Virus record (IMG/VR): IMGVR_UViG_3300048839_001110
Location: 1-53,360 of that record
Direction: 5' to 3' (one strand)
Source of the DNA: a virus
DNA: 53,360 nucleotides
Shown here piece after piece: positions 39,515-47,988 of this stretch (position 1 is the stretch's first letter; each line of letters opens with the position of its first letter). The position numbers were made by a program, and so were the translations under genes. The notes below the pieces were generated by a model that was not told the DNA's origin, did no database searches, and saw nothing but the letters and a program-made list of their open reading frames with translations.

Positions 39515-42172
39515 TCAGCGCGCCACCTGCGAGGGGCGCAGCATGAATTCCGTGCCCTGGTTGCGCTTCATGGTCTGCTCCATCCGGCCGAGATAGCCGG
39601 GGTTGAGCGCCTCGAGCAGCCGCCAGTAGATCAGGTAATCAAAGGCCGCCCGGGTGTAGATCATGTTGAGGAAGGGCGTGTTCTCGCGCACCGTGCGCAC
39701 GCCGAGCGCCGCGGCCGAGGCCTTCCACTTCTCAGGATGCGTCAACGAGCTCCACAGCTCGGCTAGCTTGTCGATCTGCCCGAAGGTCGGGCCGGCGAGC
39801 AAGCCGAGCGCCGAGAGCCCGTGGCGGGAGAATTCCCCGATCAGGAAATCGCCATAGATCGTGCCGGCGCCGCCGCGCAGGAAGCCCTGCACGACCGACG
39901 AGACCGGCGCGTTGCGCCAGCGCGCATTCGGGTCCTGCCCCTTGGCGAGATCATTGAGATAGGTCGCGAGCATGCCGAACAGTGTGGACATCACCACGAG
40001 CTCGGTGACGCCGGCGACGCGGTCGAGGCCTGTCTTGCCGCCGAACAGCTCGCGGCCATAGACCTTGGTCAGCATCGCGGTCGGAAACTGCTTGAACTGC
40101 AGCAGCAGCCGCAGCGCCAGGTTGAGCGGTGAGCCCGATTGCGTGCCCTGGTACAGGATCGCCTTCTCGCGCGCGCCGACTTCGATCACGGCGAATTGCC
40201 CGCGCTCGCCGTAATAGGACCAGAGCTTCAGCGCCAGCTCCTTGCGCGCGCGATCGAGCGCGTTGCCGGCGGCGCCGACGTCGACCGAATTCGCGGCCGC
40301 GGCCGTGGCGCGCTCTGAAATCGAGCCGGTCCCGCCGAGATGCGCGTTCATCGCCTCGTCGGGGATTCGCAGCGCGACGTCGGGCGTCAAATAGACGTCG
40401 CCGCCGACCTCGTTCCATTCGGCCTTGGCGAGCAGGCCCCATTCCTTCTCGCCGATGCCGAAGGCCTGCATGATGCGCCGTTCGCCGGCCTCGAGCTCGC
40501 CGAAGGCCTTGCCGCGCAGCTTGCCGAAATGCCGGGCCATCAGCCGTTCGCTGTCGGCGCGCTTGTTCTCGGACAAGGGCGAGATCAGCGTGATCTTGAA
40601 GAACAGGTTCTCCAGTTTCGCCAGCACGCCCGGCGCGCCGTCGGCGATGTCGAAGCGGGCGGTCGCGCCGCGCAGCCGGCCGAGGATCCCGGTATGCAGC
40701 AGATCCGCCACCTCGCGCTTGGCCGAGCCGTCGGCGCCGCGCAGATATCCGGAAAAGAGCGAGGAGTAGCGCTCAAACACACCGAGCCCCTGATAGGAGA
40801 GCTCGCGCGACATGGTGACGTTATCGGCCAGCATGGCAAATGGGGTTAACCCCAGCTTTGCCATCCGCACCACCGCCATCCAGCCGGCGGCGATGCCCGT
40901 CCAGGCATTCTGCAGCGGAATGTCAGCCTCGCCCGACACCACCGCATAGCGGTTGCGCAGCCAGCGCTCGGCCTTGTCGAGCGCACGGCGCTCGGGCGTG
41001 CCGATCGTCTGGCCCTTGGCATATTCGAGGATCTCGTCGAAGCCCTTCTCAGGCTCCGAACCGAACACCTTCATGATCGCGTATTTGTCGGCCGCGTAGC
41101 GCATGCCGTAGAGCCAGGCGTCGGTCGCGCCGAAGCGGCCGAACTGACGCATATAGGCGAGCTGGTCCTGCGCCGACTTGAAGACGAATTCGCGCGAGGC
41201 CGAAACCTTGGCCGCGACGTTGAAATAGCCCTCGTCGGGGAGCGCCTGCACCTTCATGTGGTCGCCGGTCACGAGGCCACCGAACATCTCGGCGAGCTTC
41301 TTGTCGGCGTCCTTCGTGGTGCCGAACATGCGCTTCGCGTCGATCCGCGGCAGCGTTGCCGCCACCCAGGCGCGGCGGGCGTCTTCCCAGAGCTCGTGGA
41401 ATTTGGCCTTGCGCAGCTTCTCGGGCGTGAGCTTGCGGCGCAGGCCTCCGGCCGCCGACAGCATGCGGTCGGGATCGTGCATCACGGACGCGCCGAAGGC
41501 GGAATGCTCCGTGATCCAGGCTCCTTCCGAATTCAGCGCGGCGACCTTGCGCTTGTCGGTCTCGTGCAGGATCTGCGCGATCGCCTTCGCGTGCTCGTTC
41601 TTCGTCACCCCGGGATTCGCGTCGCGGCGGCCCTTGGCCTTTTTCTCGAGCTCGATCTTCTCGGTGAAAATCTCGTCCTCGATCGCCTTCGAATAGAATA
41701 GCTGCTCGAGGCCGGCGAGCTTCGGGTCATCGCGCTCGGCCTTTCGGATCGCGGTGATGGTGCCACCGATCCAGTCGCGCTGCGCGCCCAGCGACGTCGC
41801 GCCGACCGACGCCTGGTTGCCGGCGCGGGACTTCTCGTCGAAGATCGGCCGGTTCACGCCGACCAGGCGCGCCTCGAGGCCGAGCTGGTAGGATCCGCCG
41901 TCTGTCGCCTTCGCGGCCTCGAGGAAGGTGCGCAGGTCCCGCAGCTTGACCGCGTCCATGCGCATGTTGCGCTTCAGGATGGCGGCGCGCTCGGCCTGCT
42001 CCTCGAGCATTTCCTTGGCGGCGCGGAAATACTTCTCGCGCGCGGTGCCGGGCCCGTCGTCGGCATCGAAGCGGGCGTCCAGCTCCTCCAGATGGTCGTT
42101 GACGTATTTGCGGTCCTTGCGGTCGCGGATCGCCTCGAGGATCTCGTCGATGCAGTCCTTGCGGGTGGTCAT
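39515..42172 (-). CDS. Large internal virion (ejected) protein candidate
   Basis: 885 aa, sitting where the T7 gp15/gp16 equivalents lie. Confidence 0.55.
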   Translation of the reverse strand: MTTRKDCIDEILEAIRDRKDRKYVNDHLEELDARFDADDGPGTAREKYFRAAKEMLEEQAERAAILKRNMRMDAVKLRDLRTFLEAAKATDGGSYQLGLEARLVGVNRPIFDEKSRAGNQASVGATSLGAQRDWIGGTITAIRKAERDDPKLAGLEQLFYSKAIEDEIFTEKIELEKKAKGRRDANPGVTKNEHAKAIAQILHETDKRKVAALNSEGAWITEHSAFGASVMHDPDRMLSAAGGLRRKLTPEKLRKAKFHELWEDARRAWVAATLPRIDAKRMFGTTKDADKKLAEMFGGLVTGDHMKVQALPDEGYFNVAAKVSASREFVFKSAQDQLAYMRQFGRFGATDAWLYGMRYAADKYAIMKVFGSEPEKGFDEILEYAKGQTIGTPERRALDKAERWLRNRYAVVSGEADIPLQNAWTGIAAGWMAVVRMAKLGLTPFAMLADNVTMSRELSYQGLGVFERYSSLFSGYLRGADGSAKREVADLLHTGILGRLRGATARFDIADGAPGVLAKLENLFFKITLISPLSENKRADSERLMARHFGKLRGKAFGELEAGERRIMQAFGIGEKEWGLLAKAEWNEVGGDVYLTPDVALRIPDEAMNAHLGGTGSISERATAAAANSVDVGAAGNALDRARKELALKLWSYYGERGQFAVIEVGAREKAILYQGTQSGSPLNLALRLLLQFKQFPTAMLTKVYGRELFGGKTGLDRVAGVTELVVMSTLFGMLATYLNDLAKGQDPNARWRNAPVSSVVQGFLRGGAGTIYGDFLIGEFSRHGLSALGLLAGPTFGQIDKLAELWSSLTHPEKWKASAAALGVRTVRENTPFLNMIYTRAAFDYLIYWRLLEALNPGYLGRMEQTMKRNQGTEFMLRPSQVAR

Positions 42173-42175
42173 CGC

Positions 42176-42394
42176 TCAGCCGAGCTTGCTGCCGGCGTAT
42201 TGCGCGGGCGCCTGCGCGATCGTTCCGGCCTTGCCGGCCTTGTCGAGCGCGCGCAGCGTCGACGGCGCATAGGTCGGCAGCTCGGCCGCGGGCGCCTTGC
42301 CAGGCGTCGCGATCGTCGGCGCAGCGGCCGCGGGCGCAGGCTCCGGCGCGGCCTTGGTCGGCTGGGACGGTTTCGATCCGAACAGGTTTCCCAT
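42176..42394 (-). CDS. Small Pro/Ala-rich protein
   Basis: 72 aa from the ATG at 42394, with an AGGAGGAAAG RBS. Confidence 0.5.
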   Translation of the reverse strand: MGNLFGSKPSQPTKAAPEPAPAAAAPTIATPGKAPAAELPTYAPSTLRALDKAGKAGTIAQAPAQYAGSKLG

Positions 42395-42402
42395 CTTTCC
42401 TC

Positions 42403-44406
42403 CTAGTCGCGCGCAGCGGTCAGGCAGGCGGCGCCGCGGTTGAGGATCTCGCTGCGGTCGGCCGCCTCGGTGTCGATCGCCTTCAGCTCGTCGTCGACGC
42501 GCTGCTTCAGGTCCTCGGGCAGATAGGCTTCGTGGGCCTTGTATTCGGCCTCGGCTTCGGCCGCGGCGCGCTCGGCCGCCTGCACCCGTTCCGTCGCCTC
42601 GGGCGCGATCGCGGCGGGCTCCGGGCCCGGGCCGGGCGGCAGGGGCTCGTCGGCATCCTGGGGACGGCCGGCGAGATCGCGCCAATAAGCGTCCTCTGCG
42701 GAATCGACGCCCGGGCGCGATTCCGCTACATTCCCGCCCGGTCCCGCTCCCTCCCCGCCGTAGTGTCGAGAAAGCGGGGTGCGTAGGTCCGGCGCGGGCT
42801 TTAAGCCGGCCGGTTCACCGGGACCGCTTCCTTCATCGCGGCGAAATGCCGTCAGCAGCCAGACCTTCTTCTCGCCGTCCCACATCGTGCGCACGACGAC
42901 ACGCTCTCGGCCATCCGGCGAGTCGAGGTGATGGCGATCGCCCCACTCTCCCGTCCGCCGCATCGATTTGAGCCGCTCGGGCAGATCGACAATCGCGTCG
43001 GGGTGCTTCTCGATGATGTGCGCGAGGCCATAGCCGCGCTCTCCGCCCTGCCCCCAGATCACGTCGATGCGGCCGCCAGGCACGTCGGGATGGGTCAGCA
43101 CGCCGATGGCGTCGCCCGTCTGCGCCTGGCGCAGCCAAGTGACGGCATCGAGCCAGCGGTCCTGATAGCCCTCGAGCACAGGGCCGTGCTCGCCATGGCC
43201 GGCCATTCGAACGCCGTCCGGCAGCGGCGGAAAATCGTTGCGCGCGGCCGACAGCGAGACCGCGATGCGCGGATCGGTCTCGGCGGCCGCGGCGAGGACC
43301 TCGCCGGCGGAGACCGGCCGGCCTTCGATCAGGTTCGTGACCGCCACCCGCATGGCGTCTTCATTGGCGCGGGCGGGAAGGTCATCGATGGCGGTGATCA
43401 GGGCGCCGCGTTCGCCCACAGGACTCGCCTGGCGCGTTAAATCGACCCCGCCCGCCCCCTCACCCCCAGCCGGAGACGTTTCGCGCGCCGGTGGGGCCGG
43501 CTCGGGCCCGTCCGGCGGGCCCAGCGGGTCTTCGGGCGCGTCATAGCGGTCGAAGGACGCAACCGGCTCGGCTTGCGGTGCAACATCCGGGGCGGCCGGC
43601 GCAACAGCGCCCCGCCGCCGGGCCCGGACGTCGCTGATCGCGCCGACGCCGGTATGCAGGCCGGTGCCGAGGGCCGCGCCAAACATCACCTGCTGCAGGA
43701 ATTCGCTGTAGCGGTAGTCCTGCCCCTCCTGGGTGCGGGCGAGCACCTCGAGCGGCTCCAACAGCGCGGCGCCGGCGGCGCCCTCGATCGCGCCCACACG
43801 GGCGCGGACCGCCGCGCGGGGGAGCAACCGCGTGCCGGCATCGGCCAAAAGCTTGCCGTAGCGCGCCTCGCCCACCACCGGGATGAAGGCCGAGGCGATG
43901 TTGAGCGGGTCGACCGCCGAGACCAGGAACGAGGTGGCGAGATGCAGCGCGCCGGAGACGAAGCCTGTGGGGCCGCGGGCCAACGTGGCCTCGCGCTCGC
44001 GCCGTTCGCGCGCGCGTTGCAGCATGATGTCGAGCGCCCGCTCCGGGATATCAGGCCGGTCCGGTAGCGTCAGGATGTTGTCGAGACCGGCCTCTTTCAC
44101 CCGGGCGCGTGCCTTGTCGATCGGGACGAGCGGAGCCGGCGCGGGGCCGGGGATGAACGCACCGGGCGAATCCGCCGCGCCCTGCAGGCCGATGTCGCCG
44201 AGCCCGGCCTCGCGGCCGAGCGGCGTGACTTCGGTGGCGGGCGCCATCGCCTCGCCCAGCTCGGCCATGTCGGCCAGGCGCGCCACCGGCCAGGTGTTTG
44301 CCGCAGCGCTGGCCTCTGCCGCCAGCGACTCGCTCATGGTGACATCGAGGTCCTCGATGTCGTACTGCGCGGGCCCAAGGCGGAGGCCGTCGGTGTAGAT
44401 CGTCAC
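42403..44406 (-). CDS. Large internal virion protein with a possible Barnase/EndoU/RelE-like nuclease module
   Basis: 667 aa from the GTG at 44406, overlapping the upstream stop. The C-terminal third has ...GGERGYGLAHIIEKHPDAIVDL...VWLLTAFR, reminiscent of PBECR-type domains of phage polyvalent proteins (weak recall). Confidence 0.5.
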   Translation of the reverse strand: MTIYTDGLRLGPAQYDIEDLDVTMSESLAAEASAAANTWPVARLADMAELGEAMAPATEVTPLGREAGLGDIGLQGAADSPGAFIPGPAPAPLVPIDKARARVKEAGLDNILTLPDRPDIPERALDIMLQRARERREREATLARGPTGFVSGALHLATSFLVSAVDPLNIASAFIPVVGEARYGKLLADAGTRLLPRAAVRARVGAIEGAAGAALLEPLEVLARTQEGQDYRYSEFLQQVMFGAALGTGLHTGVGAISDVRARRRGAVAPAAPDVAPQAEPVASFDRYDAPEDPLGPPDGPEPAPPARETSPAGGEGAGGVDLTRQASPVGERGALITAIDDLPARANEDAMRVAVTNLIEGRPVSAGEVLAAAAETDPRIAVSLSAARNDFPPLPDGVRMAGHGEHGPVLEGYQDRWLDAVTWLRQAQTGDAIGVLTHPDVPGGRIDVIWGQGGERGYGLAHIIEKHPDAIVDLPERLKSMRRTGEWGDRHHLDSPDGRERVVVRTMWDGEKKVWLLTAFRRDEGSGPGEPAGLKPAPDLRTPLSRHYGGEGAGPGGNVAESRPGVDSAEDAYWRDLAGRPQDADEPLPPGPGPEPAAIAPEATERVQAAERAAAEAEAEYKAHEAYLPEDLKQRVDDELKAIDTEAADRSEILNRGAACLTAARD

Positions 44407-47006
44407 GGGGTGACCACGCCCCACGCTCCGACAGCCTCGCGGCCGACGGCGTCCCGGCCAATGCGCGCGAGCTCGTCCCAGGTCAGGATCAGCGGCTTGC
44501 CGTCGGCGCGGCGCACGGCCTGGTCGTTGAACACCAGCGCGAGACCGGATTCGTCGGGCGCCGTCACCCACACGCCGTCACGCGCAAACTTTTGGCCGGG
44601 TGCGCCGGAGAGGTATTCCTGCGAAAGCCCGCCAGCGCGATCGCGCGCTGGCGCGACATCGATTTCGCCGGCACGCAACATCCAGCGCGCGGCCTCGACG
44701 CCGCGAGTGACCTGCGCCGGCGTCACGGAAATATCCAACGGCACACGATATTTGGTGTGGTCGGAATCGACCTCGAAACTGTATTTATGTCCGAGCAGCT
44801 CGTTGAAGGCACGGGTCCCGGCCTTCGCGGCCGTTTCGCCACCGCGCACATAGAACGCTGTGAGCTTCTCGCCAGCAGCCTGGAACGCATCGACCACCGG
44901 CTGGCTGCCTTCATTGCCGGCCATCGATTTCACGAATTCGCCGAACGCGCTGCGCGTGGCGGCGCGGATTTCCGCGAGCTTCGTCTCGCTCTGGTCGTTG
45001 GCGATGTCGCCGAGCTTGATGGTGGCGAATTCGGTCAGGATCTGCGCCGCCGCGGGCGTCACGCCCGAGCCGATCACCGCGACCGTGGGCGCCGCGCTGC
45101 GCGCGAGCTGGCGATAGACCTGCGGCCAGGCCTCGCCCCACATCGCGGCTTCGGCCTCGATCGCGGCCGCGACATTGCCCGCGCCGCCCTCGGCCTTCGG
45201 GTTCGACAGCCGCGCATTCAGATTGTCGATGTATTCCTTCGGCAGTAGCCGCCTTTGCGCCGCCGGCACGCCGATGCGGGCCTGCTCCATTTCCATCTTG
45301 GTGGCGAAGGAACGTGCGGCCGCGCGGCGATCGTCGGGCGTCTGTGCCGCCTGCAGAGCCGCATAGGCGTCCTTCACCACCGGCAGGCGCGTGAGCGCGA
45401 ACGCGGCCGGGTCCTTGGCCTTGGCGGCGTTGCTCTGCGCGATCGCCTTCTCGAGCATCGCGTGGTTCTTCAGCTGCTCGGCATAGCCCTCGGTGCCAGG
45501 CTTCGGGGCGTGCTTGTCCAGCAGCGCCGCCTGCTCCTCGCTGTCGAGACCGGCCACCGTCTGCAGGTCGCGGCCGAGCTGCAGGTCGGCCTGGTAGGCC
45601 GCATATTCGCGCGCGCCCGCGTCTTCCCCCAGCGCGGTCGTGAACTCGTCTGCGGTCATCGGCGCGGACACGCTGCCGGTCGTGAGTGCTTCCGCGCGGG
45701 TGTCGGAAAGCCGTCCCCGGAACGTCGTGAGCATGTCGGCTGTGCGCGTGCGCTGCGCCACCGCCACCTCACGCTCCGCGTCGTGCAGCAGGCGCGTGCG
45801 GGTATCGTGTGGCAGCAGCGAGGCCACTCGGCCGGCGCCGGGCCCGCCCATCTTGCCGCCGGCCCAGCCGATCACCGTATCGGTGGTCTTGCCCTCGAGA
45901 ATGGAGCGGTTCGCCTTGACCGAGTCGCCGTCGACAAGGCCCTCGACCGGTGTGCCGGGCTTGGCGCGCAGCACCTTGATGGCATCGCCGGCGCCGAGAA
46001 AATGCGCGAGATAGAGATTGGCGGGCGTCGGCTGCAGGCCGGCGCCGTTGAGCGCCTCGGTGTTGGCGTCCATGAGATAGCCGGCCATCTCGCGCGAGAG
46101 CTTGGGATCCGCGCGCAGGGCGAGCACCTGCTTCTCGCTGCGGCCCTCGAGCAGGTCGGGACGTCGCGCGCGCACCGTGCGCAGCCAGGTCTCCTTGATG
46201 AACTGGAAGTCGCCCATCGCCGAGGAGGTCGAGGCCTTCGCCGCCGGGTTGCCGGTCGCGTTCTCGGCGCCCTTGAAGCGATCGAGCAGGGTCTCGCGAT
46301 CGGTGACGGGCTGGCGCAGCTCGCGGATGCGCTCCTCCGGCGGCAGCGAAAGGGCCCAGCCGGTCGCGTACTTGACCGACCATTCCTGGCTTTGGGTGAC
46401 GGCGTGCTCGCGGCTCCAGATGCCCTTCTCGGCCAGCGCGCCAATCATCTTCTTGCCGTCGTCGATAAGCCGGACGGCCGTCTCCCGGTCTGGCGCCTGC
46501 AAGGCCTGCTGTCGGATCTTCTCAAGCCTCGTGATCGTGTCGGCCGTGGTCTCGTCCTTCCAGACGCCAAGCGCCTTCTGGTCCGCCCAGGCATTGCCGC
46601 GCGCGATGTCGTCTTGCGTGCGCAGCTTGAACAGCTCGCGCCGGCGCGGATCGGAGATGAAGCCCGCGGCGCGTTCCTGAATTTCCAGCGCCTTGGCGGT
46701 GAATCGCCCGGGCAGCGTCGCGTGATCCTTGTCCTGGTCGAGGCTTAGCTGCAGGTCGACCATGTCGGTTCGCAGCGAAGACCCAGCGCGTGCATCTTCG
46801 AGCTGTTCGTCCGCGCGCCTGTCACGTTCCGCGATGGAGGCGGCCTGCCGGCCGGCGCCGGCGATCGCCTGCCCGAGATCCTGGACGCTGCCCGCAATTG
46901 CGGCCGCGCCGCGTGCGATGCCCGTCGTGTCGTAGGTCGCGATCGGGCGACGGCTGGCGCTGGTATCGATCGCGCCGAGCGCGGTCTCGTCGGGAAGCCG
47001 CGCCAT
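44403..47006 (-). CDS. Internal virion protein with a lytic transglycosylase (SLT) domain
   Basis: 867 aa. SSAMGDFQFIKETW...YLAHFLGAG resembles the SLT core. Equivalent in position to T7 gp16. Confidence 0.65.
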   Translation of the reverse strand: MARLPDETALGAIDTSASRRPIATYDTTGIARGAAAIAGSVQDLGQAIAGAGRQAASIAERDRRADEQLEDARAGSSLRTDMVDLQLSLDQDKDHATLPGRFTAKALEIQERAAGFISDPRRRELFKLRTQDDIARGNAWADQKALGVWKDETTADTITRLEKIRQQALQAPDRETAVRLIDDGKKMIGALAEKGIWSREHAVTQSQEWSVKYATGWALSLPPEERIRELRQPVTDRETLLDRFKGAENATGNPAAKASTSSAMGDFQFIKETWLRTVRARRPDLLEGRSEKQVLALRADPKLSREMAGYLMDANTEALNGAGLQPTPANLYLAHFLGAGDAIKVLRAKPGTPVEGLVDGDSVKANRSILEGKTTDTVIGWAGGKMGGPGAGRVASLLPHDTRTRLLHDAEREVAVAQRTRTADMLTTFRGRLSDTRAEALTTGSVSAPMTADEFTTALGEDAGAREYAAYQADLQLGRDLQTVAGLDSEEQAALLDKHAPKPGTEGYAEQLKNHAMLEKAIAQSNAAKAKDPAAFALTRLPVVKDAYAALQAAQTPDDRRAAARSFATKMEMEQARIGVPAAQRRLLPKEYIDNLNARLSNPKAEGGAGNVAAAIEAEAAMWGEAWPQVYRQLARSAAPTVAVIGSGVTPAAAQILTEFATIKLGDIANDQSETKLAEIRAATRSAFGEFVKSMAGNEGSQPVVDAFQAAGEKLTAFYVRGGETAAKAGTRAFNELLGHKYSFEVDSDHTKYRVPLDISVTPAQVTRGVEAARWMLRAGEIDVAPARDRAGGLSQEYLSGAPGQKFARDGVWVTAPDESGLALVFNDQAVRRADGKPLILTWDELARIGRDAVGREAVGAWGVVTP

Positions 47007-47617
47007 CAGCCGTACCGCGACGTGCTGGGCGGCGGAAGTCTGCGCGTATAGTCGGAATAGGTCCCGGCCATCGACGAGGCGCCTCCGATGATGGTGCCGA
47101 TCGCCTGGATGCGCGAGGCCTTCTTCCTGTTGATGCCCTCGATGCGCTCCGCGTCGCCGGTCATGCGCGAGCCCTTCGCCTGGTCCTCGAGGCCGCGCGC
47201 GCGGTTCTCGCCGCGATACATGTCGAACAGCGCGTCGTATTCGGAGCGCTGCGCGATGCCGGCGGCAAGATCGAGCACGGTCGGATCGTCGGCGCCGGCG
47301 CCGGACGCGGCCGCGCGGGCCTGCAGCTTGGATTGCAGGAAGCGGCCCTCGCGCCTCTTCTCGAGCGCTGCGCGCTGCGCGCTGGCGCGGCTTTCCTGCG
47401 CCGCCTGCTCTTCCTGCTTGGCACGGTAGTAATAGGCCTCCTGCTGGCGCTCGCCTGCCTCCGCCGCGGCGTTGCCGCCGGCGATCGTGCCCATCGCGGA
47501 GACCGCAGTGCCGGCTGCCGTCAGACCCATGCTCGCGACGGTCAGCGTGATCGGATCTCGCGCGACGCCCCGTAGCGTGTATTTGGTCAGCAGCGTCTCG
47601 GTGGACAGGCAGTGCAT
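47006..47617 (-). CDS. Internal virion protein candidate
   Basis: 203 aa with Gly/Ala-rich hydrophobic segments at both ends and a central coiled region. Confidence 0.5.
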   Translation of the reverse strand: MHCLSTETLLTKYTLRGVARDPITLTVASMGLTAAGTAVSAMGTIAGGNAAAEAGERQQEAYYYRAKQEEQAAQESRASAQRAALEKRREGRFLQSKLQARAAASGAGADDPTVLDLAAGIAQRSEYDALFDMYRGENRARGLEDQAKGSRMTGDAERIEGINRKKASRIQAIGTIIGGASSMAGTYSDYTRRLPPPSTSRYG

Positions 47618-47988
47618 TACGGGCGCTCCCAGATCCAGACTGTCGTTCCGTCGACGTCTTTAGGATGAAACCCGAGCCGCGCCAGCCAGGCTTCGGCGCG
47701 CGGATGGCGGGTCTCGGCGGTCGCGACGATCCGCGTGAGGCCGAGCCGGCGCGCTTCCTTCATCGCCATGAGGCCAGCGCGATGAAACGCCATTCGATAG
47801 CGATGCGCGCCAGGCGCCGTTTCCACAAAGGCCGCGATGCCGCCCCCGGGCAGAAAAGCGAATCCCCCGACGCCGAGCAGCTCGCCATCCTTCTCGGCCG
47901 CGAACGCACGAACCCGATATGGCAACGGCTCCGCAAGCATCGCCGCCATGTCCGCGGCCGTCGCGGGCCGGAGTTCGACCTTGCTCAA
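47617..47988 (-). CDS. GNAT-family N-acetyltransferase
   Basis: 123 aa. ...GELLGVGGFAF...RAGLMAMKEARRLGLTRIVATAE...AEAWLARLGF. Translationally coupled on both sides. Confidence 0.65.
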   Translation of the reverse strand: MSKVELRPATAADMAAMLAEPLPYRVRAFAAEKDGELLGVGGFAFLPGGGIAAFVETAPGAHRYRMAFHRAGLMAMKEARRLGLTRIVATAETRHPRAEAWLARLGFHPKDVDGTTVWIWERP

